64,000 nt of DNA from Bispira polyomma (taxonomy: Eukaryota): positions 17,360,001 through 17,424,000 of the forward strand of contig OZ287760.1 of assembly GCA_965649765.1 (NCBI GenBank), in the 5' to 3' direction. The notes under the pieces were generated by a model. It was given only the letters and a program-made list of their open reading frames with translations. It did not search any database and had not been told where the DNA came from. Each line of letters begins with the position of its first letter. Positions within the stretch are counted from its first letter, which is position 1. The position numbers and the translations under genes are program-made. This document shows, in pieces, positions 1 to 11,582 of this stretch.

Positions 1-1275
1 CTTGTATACCGCTGACAGTAGATTATTAAACAACCATTTCAAATATTTAGAAATGTAATTTTTTGTCTTATCATCTAAAATCACATGTTTTGGAGACTGA
101 CGACTTCTTGGGAGACTGACAACCTTTTTTTCTTGTTCATGATGAACTGTTAATTTGTGTTAGTAAATGCAGCAACTCTACCAAACCTAAATATATTTCT
201 ACAACCAGAAAGGAAACTTTGGGATTTTTAAGCCATATGTATTAAGTATTCTGCTTGTGTGGGTCTGCAGTGGGGGGGAAGGAGGGGGGAGGGGTAGGGT
301 ATGCTTTGTGGACCTTTATCTCTCACTGGCAGAATATAATGGCTCCCTGTATGCGGGGTGATATCAGCTGTAGCCGCCTGTTATCACAAACATACTCAAG
401 CACTGTGCCACATTCAATGTATACACACTTCATTTTGGTCAATCTTGGCACACCCCAACAGAGTGGAAACACACGGTTTGGTTGGCCAGGCCCATAGTTC
501 AGCTCATATGTGAATTAGAAAATTTCACCAAACATTTGCCATTCTTCACTGGTGTTTTAGTTAAGGCTAAGAGCCATAATATATCCCACTGCCTTCAGCC
601 CAAGATGCCCCTTTTGTACCAGAAAGATTTGATTTTACCATAATACTCTTTTATGGGGGCCACTTTGTGGTTAATAATATCAACCAATGTCTTTACACAT
701 TGTAATAACGACAAAGGCAATGTTATCATGTTAATATGCACAATGTGTAATTAAGACAAGGCCAATGTTAATGTACATATAGATGAACTGTCTTTTGTGA
801 GTTCTGTTTTTGTTGCAGCATTTTAAGGTTAACTTGGATATCTAGTTCAGAGCTATAAACTCAACAACAGCAAAAAACATTCCAGCAGCAAAGGCAGAGA
901 TAAAGAACAAATTAATGAAGCTTTCCCTTTTGTCTACATTTTTCATCCCTGGCTTTTCTGCGTGATATGAATGCAGATCTTCTCTCTCTCTCTCTCTCTC
1001 CCCCTCTGCCTCCCTATCAGCACCATCACTAGAGGGAACAAATGGAGGCAGAGTGTTTGCAATTAAGGCCCAAAAGTGGGAAGGTTTTTTTTGCAGCTTA
1101 TGTTGCAGCTTACAGACCCTAACTGAATTCCAGTTCAGGAACCTTAATGGGATAATTAGTTGGGGCTGATAATACAAAAGCTCTCCCCTTTTTTCCAAAT
1201 GAGGTGATATTTTGAATTTATTACCTCTGTGTGGAAACAGCATTTTAAAAGGGTATATATTCTGGGTTTCTTACA

Positions 1276-1278
<3 letters not shown>

Positions 1279-1311
<33 letters not shown>
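1279..1311. repeat. (AT)n microsatellite
   Basis: Directly visible. Confidence 0.95.
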
Positions 1312-1315
<4 letters not shown>

Positions 1316-1540
1316 TGTGTGTGTGTATATATGCCTCGTTTTAGCAATGCTACTACACCATGTATGAATTTGATCAATGTATAGTTATCATTTATTCAAC
1401 ACATCATATGATGCATATGTCAATAGTCTTACAATTACACCTATGTATGAGTTTGATTTGAGTTAATATGTGTGTTTACAACCGAGCTAGACTTCTGTCT
1501 CTTTACAAGCAATTTGCATAATATTGATCTCCTCGAGGGA

Positions 1541-1600
1541 GCGCATGCAGTTGCTTTGTGTCCGCCAGAAACATTGGCTGCTATAGGCATCACGTGATGC
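1541..1600. promoter_or_regulatory. Candidate composite element: GCGCATGC, ATTGG-N13-CACGTG
   Basis: GCGCATGC at 1541-1548, ATTGG at 1573-1577, and the 14-bp palindrome GCATCACGTGATGC at 1587-1600. Motif evidence only. Confidence 0.3.
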
Positions 1601-2391
1601 TTTCAAATAGACCTTTTTCTCTAAATACTAAGTGTATGCAGGAAAAAAAGATGGAGTATATACCACAGAAAATCAATGTAAGTCAACTTGGTGTTGTGTG
1701 TCTCTTTTGGTTGTTGCTTAATATTGTGGGTTTGCAAAAAATATAATGTAAAAACATAGACTAAGTATATTAGTACATCGTAATTTTGTAGACCATATTC
1801 ATAAGGATACATTAATCCTTTGGTGTGTATGTTACTGTTAACAAAAAAAAAAAAAAAATGTTTTCTTTGATTTAAATACGTTTATCAGTTTGCTCGATGT
1901 ACAAACTAAAAAAAAAACCCTAAAGATACTGATTAAAATTGTGCACTTCTCCCCCCACTGCGCCATATCCAATTGATCACCTCCTTTCACAATCTTGAAG
2001 ACTTCCATTTTTATCCATTAGAGATCTTTTTTTCCCCCTCTATATTCCAGTTTTTTTCTATATATGCATTATCTTTATGCACATTTTATTCCTATCCTTT
2101 ACTGTAGTTGCAATGTCAACACCGTCTTGTTTCCACCCTTTTATCAATCATTTCTTACACTTTTTATTGTATTTCAGTACAAAACTCCTTTGCACCCAAA
2201 AAAATAGTCTTCGTCGATCTACCATGATTTGTTTTTGGTATAGCAATTCTCCAGTACCGTAGTGCACCAGTAAACTAGTCATGTACATGTATGTATAATA
2301 TACCATCTCTCTAGTACCACAGCACACCAGTAAACTATAGTACTATGTAGGTGTATGAATATAGCATAATGCATACATGCATGTTAATGTT

Positions 2392-2771
2392 CTGGGCCGT
2401 ATTCACAAAGATTCTTATTCTTAGAATTACAGTTATTCTTAGGTGCCTTATTCTTAAGAGTTTTCTTATAATTTGTATTAGAACTATAAATTTCTAAGAC
2501 AAATTCTAAGAATAGCAATTATCAAATTTGTTCTATTCCTATTCTTAGAATTATTGAAAGACTAAATTTGGATGAGACTAAAATCTAAAAATGGTACCAA
2601 AATTAGCAACTTTGTCGGTTGTAATTTTTTAAATGAAAGCTAAGATTAAGAAAGCAACAAATGTGAAAAATTTTATTCTTGGAATTTTTCTTTGAAAACT
2701 CTTAGATTAAGAAAAAATTCTAACAATAAGAGTAATTATAAGAACAAGAATCTTTGTGAATATCAGCCCAG
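2392..2771. mobile_element. MITE family B
   Basis: TIR CTGGGCCGTATTCACAAAGATTCTTATTCTTA / TAAGAACAAGAATCTTTGTGAATATCAGCCCAG; internal TTCTTA/TAAGAA subrepeats; TT on each side. Confidence 0.88.
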
Positions 2772-3384
2772 TTCTATATGTACCAGTACAAAAAATAATT
2801 ATACATTGTATTTGGTTTATTTTTATGTAAGAAAAAAAATAATTATCTTCAGGTTTCAACTCTCTAGAAATTGTACAAATCTTAATGTCCATAGACAATT
2901 TTAATAGATTTGGTTTAATTTTGTTGCCAAAACACAAATTGTGATTATAAATGAAAATATTAGTTAACTGGTACACAACTTTTTTCTTAATAATTTGGTT
3001 TGGACACATACATATTGAATATATCTGGTAAACACACTGTGATCATTTGCAAAATCACTATAGTATATATTTGTCTTTGTTTCTTGCAAAACATTTCCCC
3101 ATTTATACATGTTTACTTAGTTTTAGAACTTTATGAATTACTTCACTTTAAACTACTTTCCTGAAACCTTGTGGTTTGGTTCACTTTCAGATAAACCTAT
3201 TTCTTTCTTGCTCCTGATTCGAAATATGCAAGGATCTCGTGTATTCAATACAGTAAAGGTTTTGCATGTGTTTCAGAAAACATTTTGCATGTTCTTAAAA
3301 TGTATTATGTATGATATTATTTATTATTATTATTGATTTTTTTATGGTAACGTGTGTATGTGTTTGTGTTAATTACATAACATA

Positions 3385-3650
3385 GTAACAAAAGTATAGA
3401 TACACAAACTCCAAAAACTTTTAAGAATTATATCACAATGTTAACGGTTGTGGAATATTTACCAAACTGTTTACACTTGTCTTTTTGATTCAATTTTGTG
3501 TACTAATATTTTAATTATTATGTTTAAACCAGCAATAGTTTAAGGAACACGTTTTCATGGCATTAATTTAACTTTTTACAGGGGATTTTGGGTTATTAAG
3601 TAACGTTTATATTTGGATCACTGATACAATACATATACTAAAAGATAATG
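3385..3650 (+). repeat. Dispersed/duplicated repeat, copy 1
   Basis: Collinear with 5111-5370 (ACACAAACTCCA, TTTACCAAACTGTTTACA, AAACCAGCAATAGTTTAAG, ACTTTTTACAGGGGATTT). Confidence 0.85.
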
Positions 3651-5110
3651 TAATACATGATGTTTCAACATACAAAAATTAAAACTATAGCATTACTATT
3701 GTATATTTTTTTTTTTTTTTTGTAGAAAGTAAAAGATTATTTACATGAATTACATGGATTGCACACAAAGCAATTGTTAATAACATGATGTATATTTTAA
3801 AAATTCTATTTTTTTTTTTTTACCGCAAACTAAACATGTAAGGCTGTATATTTTATATTATTTTATTTTCAAAAATAATTACTTGATGTTTTTTATGTTC
3901 TAAACATTCGTTATAGTTGACCAGAATAGATTAACAAAATTAATTAATTGTAGTTTTACATTTAAGCTAAATCATAAAACGTCTATACATCAATATACAT
4001 AATCACAGTAATTGGGCTTTATATAAGATCTTTAGTTCTACTACACACAGGACTATCTCCCCCCCCCCCCCCCTATTTATGTAAGTGGGGGAAAAGTAAC
4101 AATCAGAGTAAATCATGCATTACTGGGTTGATGTCTTGTTGCCAGGGTTATATCAAAGGAACCTGGTGTGGCTGGGGGAGGAGAAAGATATGTGACTTCT
4201 TTCTAAAAGCCTGGGCTTTAGAACTCAGATGAGAATTTATAACTCAGCCTGTCCTATAGTTACAGATATATATATATTATAGGGACACACTGCTTGATAG
4301 CCTCTTGTGTCTATGGATGCCTACAGCCAAATGGTTGCTCACTGAATCTCTTCTCTATTTGATTTCTTCTGTTTTCTGCACAACTTTCTGTGTCTTCATC
4401 TGTATCAGTGATGTTTGCAACCCTGCCTGTATCTTTGGTGATTACTGCTTGCATTTTTCATATATACTTTCTATGCAGTATATCAATATACATAAACACA
4501 CTCACAATAATACAGCTAAGTGCTCAGACACTGCACAATACAAAAATCCCAAACATATGATTTTTATTTAATAATTTTAGTATAGTTATTTCATTCAGTT
4601 AAATATAAGGTCAGTGCAAGCAACCGCATTGTTTTATTTTTATTTTGTATTTTAAAAGCTCAGTATTTTGCAGTTGTGTGTAAAAAAAAACAATACACTC
4701 ATCAAAAGTATAATTTTCACAATATCATCTCCAAGAACAACAATTATTTTCTGGCACCTTTAGAATTTATTTGTGTTCATTAGACCAATTCAGCTTTGGA
4801 TATTTTACACACTGTATATAAAATATATCATTCCTTGCACTTTTAGCATTCATTTCACAACTCATGTTGATGAAGGTTTCTGTATCTATTAATATGATAG
4901 AGATTAGTTGTTTTTTTTAAAGTGCTGTACTTTCTGTTGTTTTTATAGCACACAAATGTTTTTTTACATGTACACATCAAGTTTCATTTTATTCATCAAG
5001 TGTAAATATTCTTTATTATTATTAATGTTATCCTTAGTACTCTTTGTGTATGATAATTGGTAGCATTTTAATAATAACAAGTAATTATAGTAATAACATT
5101 ACATCAAATG

Positions 5111-5370
5111 GTAAAAAAGTATCAACACACAAACTCCATAAACTTGAGAATTAAGTATATTATAATTTTGCGCTTGTGGAAGTTTTACCAAACTGTTTAC
5201 ATTCGTCTCTTTGGTTTCATTTTGTGTACCCATATTTTATTTGTTATCTACAAACCAGCAATAGTTTAAGTGACACACATTTTCATGGGTATTTATTTTA
5301 CTTTTTACAGGGGATTTCGGATTAATAAGTATACCAGTTATATTTGTATCGCTGATATCAAAACAATATA
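5111..5370 (+). repeat. Dispersed/duplicated repeat, copy 2
   Basis: Same shared blocks as 3385-3650. Confidence 0.85.
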
Positions 5371-6885
5371 TATACTTGAAGACAATGTAACAAAGATTCA
5401 ACTGAAAATGGTTGCACACAAATATTTTTTACTATTAGTATTACTATAAATATAGTATACAATTGACCAAATTTGTGATACAGATTGAAATGCTCCACAA
5501 AGGTTTGACTAAGGTGACCTGGGGAAATATATAGGAACAAGTATAAGTTGTAACAGTAACAGTAACAGATGATTGATACTTTTGGGCTATTTAATTATTC
5601 TCTATTTCTATACCTAGTTTTAGTACAATTAGTATTGTTAAACCATACATGACATTTATCCATCAGTTACAGAAAAAAAGGACTAACTCCAACCCCAACT
5701 AGACAACTCCATTTATCTGTCTGGGTGAACAACCTCTGTTTGGGGTATATTATAAACTCCAACTTTCTGTAGCTCTGGGCATTTGATACTTGCTGGAATG
5801 GTGGACGTTTGAAACTTTACAGATGTAAATATGCTTACCGATTTTTGTTTGCATAAAAAAAATTTTAACCACATACATAGATATGGACATTATGGTTTTT
5901 TTTTTTTTACATACATATTTTATATCAGGTTGAATTATTTCTTCTCTTTTCACATTACTTTGTTTATCTTTTTTGGTAGTATTCAAAAAAATAGTAAAAA
6001 TATATTCTTTTTTCTTTGTATTATATTTCACACAAAGGGGGGGGGGTGAAGGATAAAATTCCTTACAGATGGGCTGACAATTTTCTGTGGTAAATATCTG
6101 GCCATATGCCTATGGTGTTTTTGGTTGAATCATTATTTAGAGCCCAAAATCCAATATATTGCCGTTGCTATAAATTCTTAAAGTTAATGCAATACAGCAA
6201 TACCATCAATCCTGATTTGTGAACTGCCTGGTTCTATATTGAGTGAGTTCCCCACTTTTACTGAAAAGTCTATAGGGAAAAACCCCAGCTAGTTTGAGTA
6301 AAACTGTCTTCTAAAAACCTTAGTCTCTCCTAATGTGGTCATTTATTTAGATTTTCAGCTCACACTGCACGAAGGCAAATCTGTCCAAGTTGTGAGGTCG
6401 CCAATGGGCCCATGGCATGCTCAGGTCATGTCTTATCCTGAATTCCTGGGAGAACAGCAGCCCCCTTCCTTTGGGGGGACTGTCCCTCCCACCAGGAAAA
6501 TATAAAAAATAGAGGATATAGGCAATACACTCGCCTCACCATGCTAGCCCCCAATAAACACCCAATACATTCCGATTACTTCCTGGTAATGACATTGAAA
6601 ATAGACCAGTGTCATCAGCAATGTGTCTCATTTCTTCTGATTATCCCCCCTACCACTGTACTGAGGCATGTAAAGATTCACCATTTTATATAAGGGTTTA
6701 GATGAAGTGTTTTACCCTATAGCACGACTTAAGACAGGAGGCAACTTCCAGCAATTTTTTATGTTTTAGGGTATAAAAAAGGACACGTCTATATAAAAAA
6801 AAATTAATATATTTTATTTTTTTTTTTTTTAACAGAATAATTCGGTCTGGATATATATTGTTTGACATTTAAATTATTTAGTTCT

Positions 6886-6888
<3 letters not shown>

Positions 6889-6945
<57 letters not shown>
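6889..6945. repeat. (AT)n microsatellite
   Basis: Directly visible. Confidence 0.95.
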
Positions 6946-6949
<4 letters not shown>

Positions 6950-7206
6950 TTCAGGGGGGAAATAAAATAAAATACATACTGAAAAAATATTTTTTAAAAA
7001 GACCACATTTATTTTTATGCATCAGTTTAGCTGTATACTTTTATAATTGTTTAACGCGTAGGCGTACAATTATTTGTTTTTAAACATTGCAATCAAATAA
7101 TATACATCACAAGATAATTCTTTAAGAAGATATATACATATTTATCCAAAATAAAAGTAAACATATAGCTATATCCAATTGGCTTCATTATTATTTTTTA
7201 CAGCAA

Positions 7207-7403
7207 AATAATAATGATTATATCTCTATTGCGCCAAGATTCAGATAAATGTTCCAAGGCGCTTTACAACTGACAACAATTTACTTTAAGACACATATTT
7301 ACTCTTACAGCATAATTGTCAAAAAAGACAATACTGGCACTGGGTTTGGCTATATATGCTTTTCTAAATAAATAAGTCTTTAATTTTCATTTAAAAACAG
7401 TGT
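7207..7403 (-). mobile_element. L2/CR1-type LINE 3' tail
   Basis: Minus strand TVFK*KLKTYLFRKAY, then the TGTAAAGCGCCTTGG...GGCGCAATA stem-loop and an (ATT)n tail. Confidence 0.7.
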
Positions 7404-9920
7404 ATGTGTTGCCAATTAAATGTTACCAGTAGGATTGTGTGTAATATAGATATATTGTCATCCCCCCCTCCACAACAAGTCTCCTTGCTATTATATCTAT
7501 ATGTGTGTGTTATGTCATGTGTTTTATTGATGAGCAAACATCCTGAGGACCATTTGGCCCTGGTGGCTGTGTTTTTGGGGTTATATTAGCTGTAGATAAA
7601 GGTCCTTGAGGTGTTGTTTGGCCGATGTGTAGTACTTGTGATAATATAACCAAATCAGCACTGGGGGCTTCCTAGACTTGAGTAGACAAAACATGACCTC
7701 TTGACCCCATTGGAGAGTCCTCTGAAGAGTCCTTGTCTGTCATCCTCTCCACTTTATGTCACATCAAAGAGAACTGCTCCAAAACTTATTAAATAATTGA
7801 CAACGACAGAACACTTTCTCTTTTTTTTCCTCTTGTCGAATGTAATGTATTTTTTGTTTAGGTTCACGACATTTTTGGTTTCACTTGTAGCTACCTCTTA
7901 GGCATATTATACCATAATTTCCTTTTTATTTTCGAATGCTTTTATTTTAACTTATGATTTTATTAAATTGATGTAGTAGTGTCTACTACTAGTACAGTGG
8001 TATTTCTCTTGTCCCTATAGAACATTTGCTTATATAATTGCACATTTTATAATACTGCATGTATATATTCTGTATGTAAAAGTACCCAGTGTATATATAC
8101 TGCAAGTAAGAATGATGAGTGTCAAAATACAATATTCTCAACACATAAATCATATTTCCCCTCCTCGGGTACTTTTTTTTGTCTACCTATGTATCGAACA
8201 CTTATTATTACAAATTCACAAAATATAAAACAAGGTAACTTTCTTTTTTTCCAAGCAGCTTAAAAAATGTGTATATACCATTTTTGGGGGTCAGATTATT
8301 TTGTAATAATTTTAACATCATGACAAAAAATGTGTCAATTTTTATAACATGGGTTTTAATATATTTAAAAAAAGTCTGTGTGGAGATCTTTAGTTGTGGC
8401 TTTTCAGTTAGGTTTGGACTTAGATAGAGAGCGGGGGAGGGGACATTCGAGAGTACACACTATAATTTACAGTATGAGTCCTATGGTGGGAAATCTAGTA
8501 TATAATATACTGCATCTCTGCTCTAAATGTGCACGTGTGCCAAATCCCCCAAAATAAGAGATATACTTTTGTTGCATTATTCAAAATAGTCACCTGGTGA
8601 AGTGGATATCATATATTTGTGTTAGTAGAAATATACCAACAAATCTGTGATGTTGTTTTCTTCCAGAACCAACACTGACTGCATGCTGTGGATCCAAAGA
8701 AAATGGAGATCCGATGTGAAGGGGTAAGTGAGTTTTGTTTCATTCTCAATTTCAGATGTTTCAAATTGGCCATGTTCCACGTGCAGGTTGAGTCTTCTTT
8801 CAAAATTTCTGTGAAGGTTATTTTGAAAAAAAAAAAATAATTTAACCAATAGCATGCAGAAAAAAAAACTTCAATGTGTTTCTTTTTTTCATTACTTTTA
8901 TGTGTGTGTTGCTTTGTAGTTTTATTGGGAAATACAGGGGAGGGTCTATTTGAAATGTGTTTGATTGGCTCTGCAGTTAAGAAATAGGAGAAATATTTAG
9001 GTTAGCTGCTGAGAGATAATGTTCCACAAACCTCAGACAAAAAAAAAAGAAATGGTTTCAAATGGCAATGATCTTTAGGTGCTGGTGTCTATTCATTGGT
9101 ATAGAGCTTCTTTTGGGTGTAGAATAGAATTCAATACACCAACTTTATATAGATAACTGGTAATATGGTCTATGAAAGGTAAACGGTGATTGACATTTGA
9201 AAGGGTCTTTAGTAAAATGTCAGCTGAATTTCAAAATCAGTTACCAAACATCTGCCAACATTTTTCACTTCGTGTGCTGACCTTTTAGCTCTTTCAGAAA
9301 TATGACAGGCAAAGTTTAACCGTTGCTGGACTATTTTTTTTAGCCAGTGTGTTGAATTTTTAGGTGACAAAAAGTTAATTGCCATGAAAACCCTATATGG
9401 AAAGGTTCCAATCTAATTTCTGATTTTTAGTTCAGTTTACAAAAAATAATACATTGATGGCTTGATGGGACATCAACCGTTCTGAATGTTACAATGGACA
9501 ACTTAAACTAAAAAGGTTTGTAAAGTAAAAAAAATTTTTTAAAAAAACCCAACTTGAACCAAAATGTCCTAATTTATGAAATAAATTTGTCTGAAGTTAA
9601 TATTTTTCAAAATAGTTGTTGCTTTTTAGTGTATTCCTGAAATAGCTTTATGTGTTTAAGTCTGTTTATGGGCTACTGTCAATTTACAGCTCATTTCCAC
9701 CGCAATCACCAGCGGACAATAAATCAATAAAAACAAAACTGATAGAATTCCGTTTAAAGACATCCCAAGTGAGGGCATCAATGGGTGTCGAGATAATATA
9801 ATTTTGGTGTAAACATGGTTTTTTTTTTGTCTGAAATTTTATGAATTAACATTGAAGTCACTAGATTCAGATTGTACTGAAAGCATTTATACATGCTTCT
9901 CGGTTTTCATACTATATGTA

Positions 9921-10074
9921 GGGGCCCATGGTGGCCTAGTGGTTAGCAAGCATTGTGTATCACAATCACTGGTCTCTCACCTCTGAGCGGCGTGAGTTCG
10001 ACTCCCGGTCCTTCTATCAGAGTACTAATAGGTACTAGAGTGGACGTTTAATATCCCAATTCAAAAAAAAAAAA
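9921..10074 (+). mobile_element. SINE family A, internally deleted copy
   Basis: A box TGGCCTAGTGG, B box GTTCGACTC, and the family tail GGTACTAGAGTGGACGTT. TSD ttcatactatatg at 9906-9918 and 10075-10087. Lacks the central domain seen in the other copies. Confidence 0.9.
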
Positions 10075-10499
10075 TTCATACTATATGCATACTTACAGGG
10101 GAGTATCAGATCAAACCAGTGCTCCACCATGATGAAAAATTATTGCAATTTGGGAAACCAAAACAAAATGGCCGACATGCCCCATCCATTATGTATTTAA
10201 GATCAACATATGTAACGTATTGTAATCCCATGAATTTATGCTGATTTTTTGTGCATTTTGGGTTTAGTAATCTGCCTACTGATGAAGTAGTGAGTGTTCT
10301 TTGTTCTGTGTGTTTTGCTAGATCCTATTTCATTACATGGATATGATGCAATAGATTAAAATCCAAAGTATCATAGTTTGCTCAAGATAAATAGATCACA
10401 TAGTCATGGTTCAAATCTAATCTAACCCTGTTTTGGCGCTAAAGAATAAATAAATTAGCAAATGATCCAAGGGAAATGTTTGGTTGAAAAAAACCCTTA

Positions 10500-10582
10500 A
10501 AGATAAGATTTTAAATTTAAAAAAAAGAAGATATTTGCTGTCCTGATTCGGAGTGGGAGATTATTCCAGATAGAAGGACCTT
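10500..10582 (-). mobile_element. L2/CR1-type LINE remnant abutting (probably interrupted by) MITE A copy 1
   Basis: Minus strand reads KGPSIWNNLPLRIRTANIF. Confidence 0.6.
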
Positions 10583-10584
10583 TA

Positions 10585-11023
10585 GTTTGCTTTTCCATGC
10601 AGGCAACTTTCTGAGGCGATCAGGCGACGGCCGACGGCGATTCTATCAGTTTCATTGATTTATAACAAAGTGTTTCCATGTGAGCAACGCCGATAGGCGA
10701 CAGGCAATGCTAGGCGATTTTTTTCGGTACTAGGAGCGAAAAAAATCGCCTGCCATTGCCCGTCGCCTTGTAAACATTGCCGTTTTTTTTAAATAACTCG
10801 AAAATTACTGAAGGTATAAATTTAATGAAATTATGGTGAGAAAGCTTATTTTATTGGGTATATTGTGCTTTTTGTTGCATCAAAATCGGTTGAGAAATGG
10901 CTATTCAGGTTTAAATACAGGTATCGATTTTTCTCAAATATTGTATAGAAACATAAAAATTGAAAATTGCCTGTTATACGTCGGCTGGTCGCCTCAGAAA
11001 GTTGCCTGCATGGAAACGTTCAC
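10585..11023 (+). mobile_element. MITE family A, copy 1
   Basis: TIR TTTCCATGCAGGCAACTTTCTGAGGCGA at both ends, flanked by TA. Reverse complement of the 45947 copy. No coding capacity. Confidence 0.93.
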
Positions 11024-11343
11024 TAATTATAGTAAGTTGATTTCTCGAAATGGGTACTGTGTATCGATGGCTGAATTTTTTTTTTCATTTTTGGAACCTG
11101 TCAAAACTTGTGATCAGAGTTACTCATAAGTTACTATGGATGACCTGTATGGATGCAAATATTTCTTTTGAGTTTACTGTAAGTTGGTGGTGCATATTTT
11201 GAACATAATTCTGTACCTAACAGGTAACTAGTTGACTTGCTTTAATTTGTGGGGGCTAATGTGAGCAAAACGAGGAGACTTATAGTGGTTCAGTGTCCAG
11301 TTAAGTTGCTTACCTTCCAAACCCCCATGATCGCCACTCACCA

Positions 11344-11582
11344 CAGGAATGGACAGCTTAGGCGGACAATGGACAGCTTAGTGGACAGTAACTTAAAATA
11401 TACACAGTTTATCTATTTAACAAGTAATCTGACCTGTTTTAGATGCAAAGTCATTATTTACAATGAAATTAGTGGGTTAAGTACTTTTATATTTTACGCA
11501 TTACTTTTTAAAAGCAACAAATTTTATGTTTTAAGTTACTGTCTGCTATCGCTGTTCCGTCCGCTAAAGCTGTCCACGCCTG
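11344..11582. mobile_element. Small TIR element with CAGG...CCTG termini (hAT-like MITE)
   Basis: ~55-bp imperfect TIR CAGG..TGGACAGCTT..GCGGAC..GACAGTAACTTAAAA. No clean 8-bp TSD, so the superfamily is tentative. Confidence 0.75.
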
